From a virus (Duplodnaviria; Caudoviricetes): 52,642 bases of DNA. The DNA is taken from positions 1 through 52,642 of the IMG/VR virus record IMGVR_UViG_3300021197_001671. One strand, given 5' to 3'. This document shows positions 18,392 to 29,140 of this stretch, in pieces (position 1 is the stretch's first letter; each line of letters starts with the position of its first letter). A program made the translations under genes and the position numbers. The notes under the pieces were generated by a model. It was not told the origin of the DNA. It searched no databases and worked only from the letters and a program-made list of their open reading frames with translations.

Positions 18392-20110
18392 ATGGGTATT
18401 ACGTTATTTCCCCACCAAGTCGACGCAGTAGCAGCAACAGATGCTGAGTTCGAAAGGTTGGGTGACGTCATGGTCGATGGGGTCGCACGAAGACCCAATG
18501 TGTGCTTGGTTTTACCGACAGGTGCGGGTAAGACATTAGTCAAGGCGTATTACGCCAAGCGGTGCAGGGATACTGGTGAACCATGTATTATCTTCGCTCA
18601 CCGTGACGTACTGCTAGGGCAGATATCAGACGCATTGTGCATGATGGGTGTGTATCACTCATTCATTGCATCGACACCAATGATGAGAAACATCACAGAT
18701 ACGAACGCTGCAAACTACAATGGTAACAGTTTCTATGAGGCGACATCATCTGTAGTGGTCGCAAGTGTTGATAAGTTCAGAGCGTCAGATGTAACCCACG
18801 TTGCACCCATGTATAAAATGTGGATGCTGGATGAGGCACATCACCTGAAACAAGACAGCAAGTGGCATCAGTGTGTTGAGAAGTTACCTAACGCACGTGG
18901 TCTGAGTGTGACGGCTACACCTTGGCGTGGTGATAAAGCTGGTCTTGGTAGACATGCGTCGGGTGTCAACGATGCTCTTGTTGTCGGTACCGACATGGCG
19001 ACCCTGATTAAACGTGGTCGTCTATCTAAGTACAAAGTTTACACACCACCTGTCAAGTTGGATGTTGAGGGGATGCGTGCCACTGCTGGGGGTGATTATA
19101 ACCAGAAGGAGTTAGCGAAACGTACCGACAACGATGGTATCACTGGTGATGCTATTGAACACTATCTTGAACATGCAGCAGGTAAACAAGCGATTTGTTT
19201 CTGTGTGAACATAGACCACAGTCGCCATGTTGCCGACAAGTTCAGAAAGGCTGGTATAGAAGCGGTTGCACTGTCGTCAAACGATACTATCGCTGTCCGT
19301 AACCGTCAGATTAGCTTGTTTAAAGCTGGTGTTACAAAAGTGTTAATAAATTGTGATTTATTTGGTGAAGGGTTTGATGTGCCTGCCGTGGAGGTATGCA
19401 TCATGTTACGTAAGACCCTGTCTTTCTCGCTGTTCAAGCAACAGTTCGGTCGCTGTCTTCGTGTCATCAAGGGTAAAGAGTTTGGCATATTACTTGACCA
19501 TGTTGGTAACGTTGCTTACCACATGCTAGAACAAGGTCTGACAATGCCTCATGAAGACCCAGTATGGTCACTAGACAACAGGGTACGTAAGAGTAAGGAT
19601 AACACCAAACCAAAGCCTATTCGTGTATGCCCTAAGTGTTTTGCTTACTACATACCGAAGGTGATGAGTGTTCAGGAATGTCCTGATTGTACTCACGTTG
19701 AGACTAAGGTTGAGGCTGAGGCGGCTGAGAAAAAGTTTGCAGAGAAGAAAGGCAAGCTTGTCGAGATGACATTCGAGAAACAGTCGATGTTACATGTGGA
19801 GAAAACCAAGGTTGATGAGAATCCGCAGTCGAAGAAAAACAGGCTGATTCAGGCTGGTATGTCTGACATTGTCGTCAACAGTACCGTCAAACAGCAAATT
19901 ATACGCTGTAACGCACAGAGTAGGCTCAGGCGGTCTATTGTCGATTGGTGCAACGTTACAGTATTCAATGAGAATTTCACACGTGACCAGATGCATGATG
20001 CGTTTGAGGTGACGTTCGGGATAGACACACTAAGTGCGCAATGCTTGAGTGCGAAAGATGCTGATGCACTACGCGAATTAATTGATAAAAACGAGGGGTA
20101 CGACTCATGA
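18392..20110 (+). CDS. Superfamily 2 DEAH helicase with C-terminal zinc ribbon
   Basis: LPTGAGKT, LDEAHH, TATP, EGFDVP, QQFGRCLR, CPKC..CPDC; AGGAGG RBS. Confidence 0.92.
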   Translation: MGITLFPHQVDAVAATDAEFERLGDVMVDGVARRPNVCLVLPTGAGKTLVKAYYAKRCRDTGEPCIIFAHRDVLLGQISDALCMMGVYHSFIASTPMMRNITDTNAANYNGNSFYEATSSVVVASVDKFRASDVTHVAPMYKMWMLDEAHHLKQDSKWHQCVEKLPNARGLSVTATPWRGDKAGLGRHASGVNDALVVGTDMATLIKRGRLSKYKVYTPPVKLDVEGMRATAGGDYNQKELAKRTDNDGITGDAIEHYLEHAAGKQAICFCVNIDHSRHVADKFRKAGIEAVALSSNDTIAVRNRQISLFKAGVTKVLINCDLFGEGFDVPAVEVCIMLRKTLSFSLFKQQFGRCLRVIKGKEFGILLDHVGNVAYHMLEQGLTMPHEDPVWSLDNRVRKSKDNTKPKPIRVCPKCFAYYIPKVMSVQECPDCTHVETKVEAEAAEKKFAEKKGKLVEMTFEKQSMLHVEKTKVDENPQSKKNRLIQAGMSDIVVNSTVKQQIIRCNAQSRLRRSIVDWCNVTVFNENFTRDQMHDAFEVTFGIDTLSAQCLSAKDADALRELIDKNEGYDS

Positions 20111-20379
20111 GCTTTAAACGAAACGAAGCAATTACTAAATTGAACAACCAGCTTGCTCAGATGGACGACGACATTATGAACGCGTCATGTGAGCCTGAGA
20201 TACTGGGTGAGATTGCAACTCACGACCTACTGTTGCTGATGGACGATGATGAGTTATTCCATCACATGCTTGACACGAAACTGTTCAATAAGATTGTCGA
20301 TGCACGCAAACGGGTGCTCAGCCATGTTCGCATTTACGAGTGGGGGTCTATTTATGAAAAGTCCGACATATCCGAGTAA
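20107..20379 (+). CDS. Hypothetical protein
   Basis: 90 aa ORF coupled to the helicase stop. Confidence 0.7.
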   Translation: MSFKRNEAITKLNNQLAQMDDDIMNASCEPEILGEIATHDLLLLMDDDELFHHMLDTKLFNKIVDARKRVLSHVRIYEWGSIYEKSDISE

Positions 20380-22465
20380 GTACGCAACAGATTGGCCTTG
20401 GGTGAAAGACTACGCATATGACATCGAATGTTATCCTAATTTCTTCTCGCTTGCTGCGACACACATGTCAACGGGGGAGATATACTACTTCGAAATTAGT
20501 GAGTGGTACGACATGTCTAACGAGCTTGCTGAGTGGATGTGGTGGTTGATGCAAAACGACTGTCGACAAATTGGTTTCAATAACCTTGCGTATGATTACT
20601 ACATGGAGCATTTTTTCTTCAACAACGTCAGGTCGTGGGATGGTCAGTCAGGGTGGACGAAAGCGGGTTACCTGTACAATCACAGTAAGGCGTATTTCGA
20701 TACACCTCGCGATAAGCAGTTCGACCTGATGATATGGGAATCTGACCACCTGATTGAGCAGCTAGACCTGTTCAAGATTCATCACTTTGATAACGTCGCA
20801 AAGATGACATCACTCAAGGTTATCGAGATTAACATGAGGGCTGACGAGGTTGAGGAACTACCTGTTCCTGCTGGTACAGTATTGACGTGGGAGCAATCGT
20901 GTCTCATACGTCCATACAACCACCGTGACGTGAAGAATACCGCAGACTTTGCACGCTTCTCTGTCAGTGAGATTAAGTTACGTATGGAGATGACTGAGAA
21001 ATACGGCATCCGTTTCATAAACCACAATGACACTAAGCTCGGTGAGAAGTATTTCGAATTGCAACTCAAGAATGCTGGTGTCGACGTCCGTGGTCGTACT
21101 CACCGCGAAGATATTCACATCAAAGACATCATCTTTGACTATGTGTCATTCCGACAGCCTGTTTTCAACGAGGCGCTTGACTTCCTTAGAGGTCAGGTCA
21201 TACGTGACACCAAGTCAGACAAAGGTCGGAAGTATCCATCACCTGTACTAAATGGTTTTCAGTGGGATTTCGGTAAGGGTGGTATCCACGGTTCAATTAA
21301 GTCACAAACTGTCAGGTCATCAGGTCGTCGTAAGATATATGACTTAGACGTGACCAGTTATTACCCGATGCTTGCAATCGTCAACAAGCTGTTCCCGTTA
21401 CACCTGACAAAAGTGTTCTGTGAGATTTACCAAGGTGTATTCGACATGCGTAAGTTGCACAAAAAAGGCACAATGGAGAACCTTGCATTCAAGCTTGCGT
21501 TGAACGGTGCGTACGGTAAGTCTAACAGCGAGTTCAGTTGTTTCTATGACCCTCTGTTCACGATGACAATCACGTTAAATGGTCAGCTACTCCTGTGTAT
21601 GCTTGGTGAATGGATGTCTACAATCCCAACACTCGAAATGATTCAGGCCAACACCGATGGTATTACATTCAGTCTTGAGGAGCAGTATGAGGAATCAATG
21701 AATACTGTTTGGAAGATGTGGGAGCAACACACAGGTCTTGAGCTTGAGTGTGCGTACTACGATGCGATGCACATTCGCGATGTGAACAACTACATTGCTG
21801 AGTACTCAGACGACCCTCGCAATGGTGGTGATGCGGGTAAACGTAAATGTAAGGGTGCTTACGTCTATGATAAAATACCTTGGCACAAGAATCACTCGTC
21901 AACAATCATTGCCGAGGCTGCATATGAGTTCTTGGTGAATGGTACACCTGTCGCTGAGACAATCATGGGCTGCAAGGATGCGTTCAAGTTCATGTTGAAA
22001 ACCAAGGTTCCTCGTTCTAGTTCACTGTATATGGTCGACGCCCAACGTGCTAATGGTTGGAGAAAGACGTTTGAGGGTCTGGTCACACGTTTCCATGAGT
22101 CACAACGAAAGAAGGTGCAGAACGTCACCAGATACTTTGTTAGCAACAATGGTGGCAAGTTGTTCAAGGTCATGCCCCCAACCCCGAAGATGATTGAGAA
22201 CTGGTCGACAGGTACACACTACATTCGCGACTACGATGATGATTACAAGGTTGTTAAGGCGGGTGGTCGCAGACCTGCAAAGACATACACTGAAATCCCT
22301 CGTTGTGACATAGCTCCGTTGCCTGTTGACCGTAGCATGGGTATCACAACACGCTACCTCTGTACTGACTGTTCAACAGCGTCAAACTTCGATTGGCTTG
22401 ACCTGAACTATCAGTATTACATTGACGAAGCGATTAAACTTATTGCACCACTGCAACAGTCGTGA
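20354..22465 (+). CDS. Family B DNA polymerase with 3'-5' exonuclease
   Basis: YDIE, GFNNLAYD, YNHRD exonuclease motifs; DVTSYYP, KLALNGAYGK, NTDG polymerase motifs; ATG 20354 is the likely start. Confidence 0.92.
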   Translation: MKSPTYPSKYATDWPWVKDYAYDIECYPNFFSLAATHMSTGEIYYFEISEWYDMSNELAEWMWWLMQNDCRQIGFNNLAYDYYMEHFFFNNVRSWDGQSGWTKAGYLYNHSKAYFDTPRDKQFDLMIWESDHLIEQLDLFKIHHFDNVAKMTSLKVIEINMRADEVEELPVPAGTVLTWEQSCLIRPYNHRDVKNTADFARFSVSEIKLRMEMTEKYGIRFINHNDTKLGEKYFELQLKNAGVDVRGRTHREDIHIKDIIFDYVSFRQPVFNEALDFLRGQVIRDTKSDKGRKYPSPVLNGFQWDFGKGGIHGSIKSQTVRSSGRRKIYDLDVTSYYPMLAIVNKLFPLHLTKVFCEIYQGVFDMRKLHKKGTMENLAFKLALNGAYGKSNSEFSCFYDPLFTMTITLNGQLLLCMLGEWMSTIPTLEMIQANTDGITFSLEEQYEESMNTVWKMWEQHTGLELECAYYDAMHIRDVNNYIAEYSDDPRNGGDAGKRKCKGAYVYDKIPWHKNHSSTIIAEAAYEFLVNGTPVAETIMGCKDAFKFMLKTKVPRSSSLYMVDAQRANGWRKTFEGLVTRFHESQRKKVQNVTRYFVSNNGGKLFKVMPPTPKMIENWSTGTHYIRDYDDDYKVVKAGGRRPAKTYTEIPRCDIAPLPVDRSMGITTRYLCTDCSTASNFDWLDLNYQYYIDEAIKLIAPLQQS

Positions 22466-22502
22466 TACTGTTGCAACACTTAACTTGAAATTGAATGAGG
22501 GA

Positions 22503-22871
22503 ATGATGATGGATGACCAGTTGATGTTTAGAGAGATTGGTGAAAGTGACTGGTGCAAGTGTACCGTGAGTGAATGGCTGTACTACAGTAATTCAACCCT
22601 CCATGATGTGAAGGGTGCTCCAACAACTGAAACAATGTACATCAAGGGTCTGTTGAACGTACGTAAGAAGTTCACAGAGATGTTTGACCACGCTAAACAC
22701 GGTGGTGAGGTTCAGATATTACACATGGGTCAGAACAGAAAGGCTGAGCACGGATATAAAATTGTGAAGATGACGGATGAAGAACTTGCAAACCATCCTG
22801 ATGTTGTGGTAAAAAAGGATTCAATACCTACCGCTGAAAGTAATACCCCCCGAACTGGTCGTACTTGGTAA
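22503..22871 (+). CDS. Hypothetical protein
   Basis: ATG cluster 22503-22511 after GAGGG; operator ACTGTTGCAACACT upstream at 22467-22480. Confidence 0.7.
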   Translation: MMMDDQLMFREIGESDWCKCTVSEWLYYSNSTLHDVKGAPTTETMYIKGLLNVRKKFTEMFDHAKHGGEVQILHMGQNRKAEHGYKIVKMTDEELANHPDVVVKKDSIPTAESNTPRTGRTW

Positions 22872-22881
22872 TTAACGACCT

Positions 22882-22927
22882 ACCCGCGATACTACTCTGA
22901 CATACTGAGTATCGCGGGTTTTTTTTT
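22882..22927 (+). terminator. Rho-independent terminator at the early/late junction
   Basis: ACCCGCGATACT...AGTATCGCGGGT followed by a long T run. Confidence 0.85.
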
Positions 22928-23402
22928 AGTCTTCCAAAAACGCTTCTACTCTCTCCACATACTCACGAGCACTACCTGCACCCGACTTATTATAGTGACG
23001 TTTCCAGTATGAGCCACGGTCAAGTAAATCGTCAGGGAAACGCTCAGGTACCAGCTTGTAATGTAGTCGACAGATTAGTGCAGCGAGTAATGGGTCGTGC
23101 GACAGGTCAGCAAGTTCAACTTTGTCGAGGTCATAACCGAACTTACCATGCATTATCTCACGGTCTCGCTCACGTGTGCGTTGCTTAACGTCGACAAGTG
23201 CTATCTCATCACATTGTAACCAACCAACTCCGAGCCTGTCAGGGTGTCTATCCTTGAGTCTACCGAGGTGTGTTTCAGCACAACCTGTCTCCACTATCAT
23301 CACAGTGACCATCGACACTCGTCCACCGAACGCCTGTGCGACTCGTTGTGCGATGTTCCATGCGTGTGTACGTGTTTCTAACCCGTAGTAATGTCTTATC
23401 AT
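22926..23402 (-). CDS. Probable endolysin (lysozyme/transglycosylase-like)
   Basis: ETGCAET..LGVGWLQ..LAALICRLHY..YWKRHYN pattern; size and late-operon position; no other lysin candidate seen. Confidence 0.55.
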   Translation of the reverse strand: MIRHYYGLETRTHAWNIAQRVAQAFGGRVSMVTVMIVETGCAETHLGRLKDRHPDRLGVGWLQCDEIALVDVKQRTRERDREIMHGKFGYDLDKVELADLSHDPLLAALICRLHYKLVPERFPDDLLDRGSYWKRHYNKSGAGSAREYVERVEAFLED

Positions 23403-23406
23403 TTTA

Positions 23407-23616
23407 TTACACCTCTATTATTGAATGGGGTAGACTTGGTGCCGAACCGACAACCAATCCACCTTGCACGTAAACGTGAGCACCGACAGTACCACTACCG
23501 ATGGCTCGTGTCACATGACCGCCACCATCCTCAGTACTGACTGTACCGTCAGTGTTCACATTAACAATTTTCTGTATAGTCCTCGCCTGTAATATTTCCT
23601 TATGTATCGTGAGCAT
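23407..23616 (-). CDS. Small tail-tip protein
   Basis: 69 aa beta-rich ORF after the tail-tip genes. Confidence 0.6.
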   Translation of the reverse strand: MLTIHKEILQARTIQKIVNVNTDGTVSTEDGGGHVTRAIGSGTVGAHVYVQGGLVVGSAPSLPHSIIEV

Positions 23617-23622
23617 TTTAAT

Positions 23623-25398
23623 TTACTCCATGTGTCTGATGAGTGTTACTGTTTGCCCCGCTGTGATACCACCTGATTGCATCACACTTGCCGTGATTGT
23701 AACACTATCGAGGGTTGCTTTGTACACATCACCTCTGTACGTCACACCGACTAGACTACCCTTGGTTAATGGTGCCACCTGACCAGATACAGGCAGACTT
23801 AATGTAACCCTCTTCTTGTTCCCTGACTCAGCAAGTACCTTTGTACCAGCAAGCCTTGCAGCCTGTGCATGGGTTATCAGTTGTGCTGATACATCACCCG
23901 CTATTTTCGCACCTGCTGTACCTGCACGTTTTATCTGACAACTCACACCATGTTGCTCACCACGTACAAACACAGAGTCACTAAGTTGGTTATGCTCATC
24001 AACTTCGTCACAACTGAATATGAACGTATCACTCAGCGTGACGTCAGGTGTCGCAGTCGCCATTCTCCAAGGTGCTGTAGGGAATTGCGGTACAATCGTC
24101 ACCGTGGATGCGAACTCGTCACACAGGAGCATACAACCAATCTGAGCAGCCGCATCGTGTATTGAACCGATTACTGTCTTACCTGATATACTGAACGCAC
24201 CTTCTGGTACATTGTAATCAACAACATCAGGGTGTAATGACACAGTCCATCCGCTACCCTCAGCAATGTCACCCACGATACCCGCAAAACTACGGTCACG
24301 TGTGTTGCTATAACTGATTCGAGCTGACCAAGGGTCGGACATTAATGCAGTTCTGCTACGCCCTGTCGCACCATATCGGGACGACCCAAACGACGTTGTA
24401 CGACTACCTTTCTCTGCTATCGCATAGAACTCATACCCGTTTATGTTAATCAACAATTGCTCATTCATTGAGTTCAGTTGGTCGATTCTACTTGCAAACT
24501 CTATCGACACGGTCTTAGTGTGTTGTCCACGACTGTCACTAATACTGACACTCACGATTGCAATCTGTAATTGGTCGGACATTCGTACACATTTCAAAAC
24601 AGGTTTCATTGAATACACTCGCTTTAGTTCTGGTTCAATTGGTATGTCAACATCAATGTCAGGTAGTGTTGGGTTAGGGTCAATCACACCACCCCCACCA
24701 TTGTCATACTCACACCACTCTGTGTGTTGCTTGAATCTCAACACGCGTGACCCGTTCAATGCATCACTGAACGATATCGATGCGCCTTTGACACTCGGTC
24801 TATATGTGGTTGTACAAACCCACTGGCCAACCCTGATGCCGTACGCGAAATCACAACATGACGTTGCGGCATTCGCACCCTGTTGTGAGTACTGAATCGC
24901 AATATCACCGATGTTCATCACCACGTCTGTGAACACCATGTCGACAGTCGTTGTGATTGTATCTGTCATACGTGTGACGACCAGTGTGTCAACATTTGTA
25001 ATCTCACTACCCAACCAAGAGGCGTCGACCTGTGTGTTGATGATGGTGCCACTACCCCACGATAAATCTGTCAGTGACATCAGCTCGTCAGGCAACACAA
25101 CCTTTGCGTCAAGATGTATTGTGATGATGTCACCGATTTCCCAAGGTAGTGATATTACAACATGTGTACTGTTTGCCTCATCGACGAACACTGTGTCACT
25201 CCTCGACACCTCACCGCTGTCCATTACAACCGTCACGTCACCCACTACATCACCGTCATGAGCCCACGAGAACCCACAATCACCGATGATTTGAGCTAAC
25301 GGTTGTGGTTGTGGTGTACCACCATCGTCGACAAACCTGATAACAACAGGGTTAGATGTGACAACCGATGGTTTGTCGAACCTGATGGACACCATCAT
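23623..25398 (-). CDS. Tail tip/hub protein
   Basis: 591 aa, C-terminal half with hub-like organisation; position in the tail module. Confidence 0.65.
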   Translation of the reverse strand: MMVSIRFDKPSVVTSNPVVIRFVDDGGTPQPQPLAQIIGDCGFSWAHDGDVVGDVTVVMDSGEVSRSDTVFVDEANSTHVVISLPWEIGDIITIHLDAKVVLPDELMSLTDLSWGSGTIINTQVDASWLGSEITNVDTLVVTRMTDTITTTVDMVFTDVVMNIGDIAIQYSQQGANAATSCCDFAYGIRVGQWVCTTTYRPSVKGASISFSDALNGSRVLRFKQHTEWCEYDNGGGGVIDPNPTLPDIDVDIPIEPELKRVYSMKPVLKCVRMSDQLQIAIVSVSISDSRGQHTKTVSIEFASRIDQLNSMNEQLLININGYEFYAIAEKGSRTTSFGSSRYGATGRSRTALMSDPWSARISYSNTRDRSFAGIVGDIAEGSGWTVSLHPDVVDYNVPEGAFSISGKTVIGSIHDAAAQIGCMLLCDEFASTVTIVPQFPTAPWRMATATPDVTLSDTFIFSCDEVDEHNQLSDSVFVRGEQHGVSCQIKRAGTAGAKIAGDVSAQLITHAQAARLAGTKVLAESGNKKRVTLSLPVSGQVAPLTKGSLVGVTYRGDVYKATLDSVTITASVMQSGGITAGQTVTLIRHME

Positions 25399-25682
25399 GT
25401 GACGTCCTTCATCGCGACGAGTTCGGCTGTGATACCATCTGCACAGACAGCGTTGAATTGACGGTCATCGTCAATTATGAACGCAAGTAGGTTTGCGGCC
25501 TCAGTATACTTCAACGGTACATACCTTACATTAGTATCAGTACGCCCGTTGTGAAACACTGAACACGTGTACCTGTCCATCAGCACATACCTCTCAGCAT
25601 CAACGTCAACGTCCAGCACAACCTTACCCAGCGTCTCTTGTGCCATGCTCAACCTGCTGTATCTATACCCTAAGTTATGCAT
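25395..25682 (-). CDS. Small tail-associated protein
   Basis: Likely start ATG 25682 (MHNLGY) after GGGAG; C-terminal FIIDDDRQFNAVCADGI. Confidence 0.6.
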   Translation of the reverse strand: MHNLGYRYSRLSMAQETLGKVVLDVDVDAERYVLMDRYTCSVFHNGRTDTNVRYVPLKYTEAANLLAFIIDDDRQFNAVCADGITAELVAMKDVT

Positions 25683-26679
25683 TGTACTCCCATTCAACCA
25701 TGTTGACCCACGTTGATATATTAACACCCGCGCTACACAACGCCCAATGAAGTTGTCCACCATGCTCCTCAATGAGAGGCCAAGACGAGTGAGGTAGAGA
25801 CTCATATCTGTGCATGACCTCTGTAACGATACCTGCGACTTCACCACGCGCCCAAGGGTATCGACTACTGTATATGAGGCTTGCACCATCGGGGTCAAGT
25901 GTTCCGTAACTGGTGAACGATGTACTACAGGCCACCGTTATAGGTACATATAACCCTTTTTTGTCTAATGGTACGTTGCGGTCATACTCCTCGTAGGTGT
26001 GATAGTTGTCAGCGAAACCATAATTCTGTAGTAACCCGTCACCGTGTACTGACGGTAGCTTGACCGCAGCGACACCACCAGTAACCCCGCGTCGAGCCGT
26101 GATTTTTGCAAACGCGTATGAATAACTAGCAAGTGATGTGCGGTCGAAATCACCTGTATATGTGGGCGTACCTGTGGCAATAAACGCCTTATCTACGGGT
26201 GAGTACACATTCACGTCACCTGCTATGTGTACAGACTCAGGTGCACCGCGACGCAAACCCATTTTTGAGTTAGTCCTAGGGATACCCATAATGTAACCGC
26301 GAGATGTGCCTATCACGTACCATTTGGTCATCGTACCATCATATAACTGCATTGCCGAGTCATAGCCAGCGTTAACAAGTGTGTCGATGTCAGTAGCAGA
26401 TACGCACGACTGAACCCTCATCATCGCACCATTGGTGTCACCTGTCGCGGCATGATACCTGACTAGATGCCCCGAACCACCATCCGTCACACTGTTTCTG
26501 AACATGATTTTGAATGCGGCTGCATCCTCATGTTCAATTGTCCACCCAAGAGGTTGTTTTGTACCGTACCCGTCAACTAAACATTTCCTTAGTATGTCGA
26601 TTATCTCACTGGGCTTCCGACCGACAATTTGCGGTGCACCTGCGTCATCCCACCTGTAAACTGTAACTGGTAATTTCAT
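25675..26679 (-). CDS. Tail protein, candidate receptor-binding protein
   Basis: N-terminus VTVYRWDDAGAPQ..ILRKCLVDGYG..GW resembles tail-tip proteins of gammaproteobacterial phages; GGAGG RBS. Confidence 0.6.
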   Translation of the reverse strand: MKLPVTVYRWDDAGAPQIVGRKPSEIIDILRKCLVDGYGTKQPLGWTIEHEDAAAFKIMFRNSVTDGGSGHLVRYHAATGDTNGAMMRVQSCVSATDIDTLVNAGYDSAMQLYDGTMTKWYVIGTSRGYIMGIPRTNSKMGLRRGAPESVHIAGDVNVYSPVDKAFIATGTPTYTGDFDRTSLASYSYAFAKITARRGVTGGVAAVKLPSVHGDGLLQNYGFADNYHTYEEYDRNVPLDKKGLYVPITVACSTSFTSYGTLDPDGASLIYSSRYPWARGEVAGIVTEVMHRYESLPHSSWPLIEEHGGQLHWALCSAGVNISTWVNMVEWEYNA

Positions 26680-26691
26680 TGTACGTCCTCC

Positions 26692-29130
26692 TTACATGCC
26701 GTTACCACGGAATGCGATAGTTGTCTTATCTGTTGTAATTTGACTGTGTCCCGTCTGCACACTGCGAACGGCCATCACTGGGCTCGATGCTGCAACAGTG
26801 TTGAACCTGACAGCCTCACCCGCGTTGAAACCACCGCTACCGAATGCACCCGCTCGTATTGTAAGGAACGGTCGTTGTGTTGTCGAGTTTAACGGTGAGA
26901 AGTCATTCAGGGTGTCACCCGTTGCGACCTGACCTACATTCCTACCAACAAACCTAAACGCTGTTGCTGATGTGAACACAAGCACCCATTCCTCATTGAT
27001 TGCATCTGCATTGCTGACCTCAATCGGGAAGTCAATCACATTCAGGTTGGCATCAACAGGTGTGCCGTCAACATCCCAGTTGTCCGACCAAGATGACATG
27101 TCGCGGACATTTGCGGCTCTTGCTTGCATATCGCCCAAGTTCTGCACACTGGATACTGTTGAGCCGATAGGGTACGCGCGTGTCAACGCTGATGCCACGG
27201 TCATTGATGTATTGCTATCGACCGATGCTGTTAACGCCAGTTCACCGACGGTGTCGGTCAGTACGAAAGGCGCGGTAAAACCTGTGAAATCACTCTTTAT
27301 TGTGACAACACCTGTTTCAAGGTTGACTTCGTAATGGTCGTCAGTGGGTGTCCATAATGATTTACCATCCTTATCTGTAATCTGTACAAACGATGTGTTC
27401 GCACGGACGTTCATTTTATCACCTGCTGTCGGTGTCGTTACAGCCTGAAACTGACTGTGTTGAATCATCACCGTACCCCACTCACGGAAGATTGCAACAC
27501 GACCGTTGTTAGGTATGCGCAAAGGGTTAAGCTTGTAGATATCGGCAGGTGGTGTCAAACGTATGATTTCATCAACGTTGTACAACAGGGTCGACAGGTT
27601 TACATCGGATGTGAACGTCAATGAAACCAGAGTTCCTGACACTGTGCCGCTGACACCTGTACCTGTCACAGCACCGTTACTGTCCGCACTACCACTGATG
27701 AGACTGCCCTGTGTGGTCTCAACCTGCACGTAAAATGAATCAAGTATTGGCTCACTAATCGCGATTGAGAAGGTCGCACTTGTTGTCTGTATTGACTTCC
27801 TGTAGAGCGCTGTGAACCTGACATCGTCGATTTCGGCTGCATTTGTAAATGTGGTCACACCTGTATCGTAATTCAATATCCCGAATCGGTTGTCAAGGTC
27901 ATACCTGTATGATTTGTACAACACACCATTTTGCTCATATAGCTTCAACCATGCATTACCCGCAACAACATGGTATTCACCGTATAGTGAACCCTTGACT
28001 ACTGATTCACCTGCACCAAGTACAGTTGACGCACTGTCATAGTGTCCATATTCAATGTTTGATACATAACCTATTGTCACGTTTGTACCCACGTCAGCCT
28101 TATTCGACAGTATGACTGTGATGTCACCGCTCGTCACCGTTACCACTGCGTCCGACTCGTTCATTGCGGTACCGTTTGATGTATACGTGACCTTGACTGT
28201 ATTACCGAGAACACCCTCAAGAGGGTCAAGATAATCATTAACGGTAAAGCTGTATGACTGTGATGAGGTTGACAATTGTGACAGTGACTTGAGTGTGATT
28301 TCGGTACCGTCAGACTCACCACCTGAGTTCGTGGTCAAACCAATGTGTCGCTTAACACCTTCTAGTGTAGGTATCAATGATTGCTCTGTTGCACCTACGT
28401 TGAGTTGGACACCGTCAGCAATTGCCGTGAGTTTAGTCACACCGTGGAACGTCAGTGGCGAGACCTCTGTTGCTCGACGAATTGTTGTACATCGTGTCTG
28501 ACCGTTGACGTCAACATCGTAGTCAGGTGTTGCAATAGGTAGGGGCGGTTCGAATATAATGTCACCATCAACACTTGTGACTTTACAGAAATGATTGATA
28601 CGAGGCCACAGTACGGACTCAACACCTGTGTACTCAGTATTGATACAGATTACCTGACCCACTGTCAGTCGTGTGATTTTACGGTATTCCTTACCGTTGA
28701 ACATGTATGTCGACTCAAGGTACGCACGGTCAAAACTGTTTTGATTGGGAAGGAATCCGCGAACACCCTCATTAATCAGAACACCAGCGGTGACCGAGGA
28801 CTCAAGAATCTCACGCATGTCGGTCATCACAGAGGCGTCAGTGAGTGCGTCCGCCTCAACGAGCATCATCGATACGAGCGGGTCGGTTGGTGGTGAACCA
28901 ACGAACACGTGACCTTTGAGCAGTGTTGATGTATCAGCGGTGTCCACACTGGGGAAAAACTTCACGATGTCAATTGCAGACTGAGCGTGGTCGATATCTG
29001 CTATGGGTTGTAGTATGTCGTTAATCATACCTGATGTCACAGGGTTTTTAGTCCTGAGACCACCTGCGTCATCACTTGTACCCAACTGTGCGGGTTTCAT
29101 GATTTTTAAATTATCACGTGTGATAGTCAT
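26692..29130 (-). CDS. Large tail-tip structural protein
   Basis: 812 aa, beta-rich, two genes after the tape measure. Confidence 0.65.
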   Translation of the reverse strand: MTITRDNLKIMKPAQLGTSDDAGGLRTKNPVTSGMINDILQPIADIDHAQSAIDIVKFFPSVDTADTSTLLKGHVFVGSPPTDPLVSMMLVEADALTDASVMTDMREILESSVTAGVLINEGVRGFLPNQNSFDRAYLESTYMFNGKEYRKITRLTVGQVICINTEYTGVESVLWPRINHFCKVTSVDGDIIFEPPLPIATPDYDVDVNGQTRCTTIRRATEVSPLTFHGVTKLTAIADGVQLNVGATEQSLIPTLEGVKRHIGLTTNSGGESDGTEITLKSLSQLSTSSQSYSFTVNDYLDPLEGVLGNTVKVTYTSNGTAMNESDAVVTVTSGDITVILSNKADVGTNVTIGYVSNIEYGHYDSASTVLGAGESVVKGSLYGEYHVVAGNAWLKLYEQNGVLYKSYRYDLDNRFGILNYDTGVTTFTNAAEIDDVRFTALYRKSIQTTSATFSIAISEPILDSFYVQVETTQGSLISGSADSNGAVTGTGVSGTVSGTLVSLTFTSDVNLSTLLYNVDEIIRLTPPADIYKLNPLRIPNNGRVAIFREWGTVMIQHSQFQAVTTPTAGDKMNVRANTSFVQITDKDGKSLWTPTDDHYEVNLETGVVTIKSDFTGFTAPFVLTDTVGELALTASVDSNTSMTVASALTRAYPIGSTVSSVQNLGDMQARAANVRDMSSWSDNWDVDGTPVDANLNVIDFPIEVSNADAINEEWVLVFTSATAFRFVGRNVGQVATGDTLNDFSPLNSTTQRPFLTIRAGAFGSGGFNAGEAVRFNTVAASSPVMAVRSVQTGHSQITTDKTTIAFRGNGM

Positions 29131-29140
29131 TGATTGTCCC

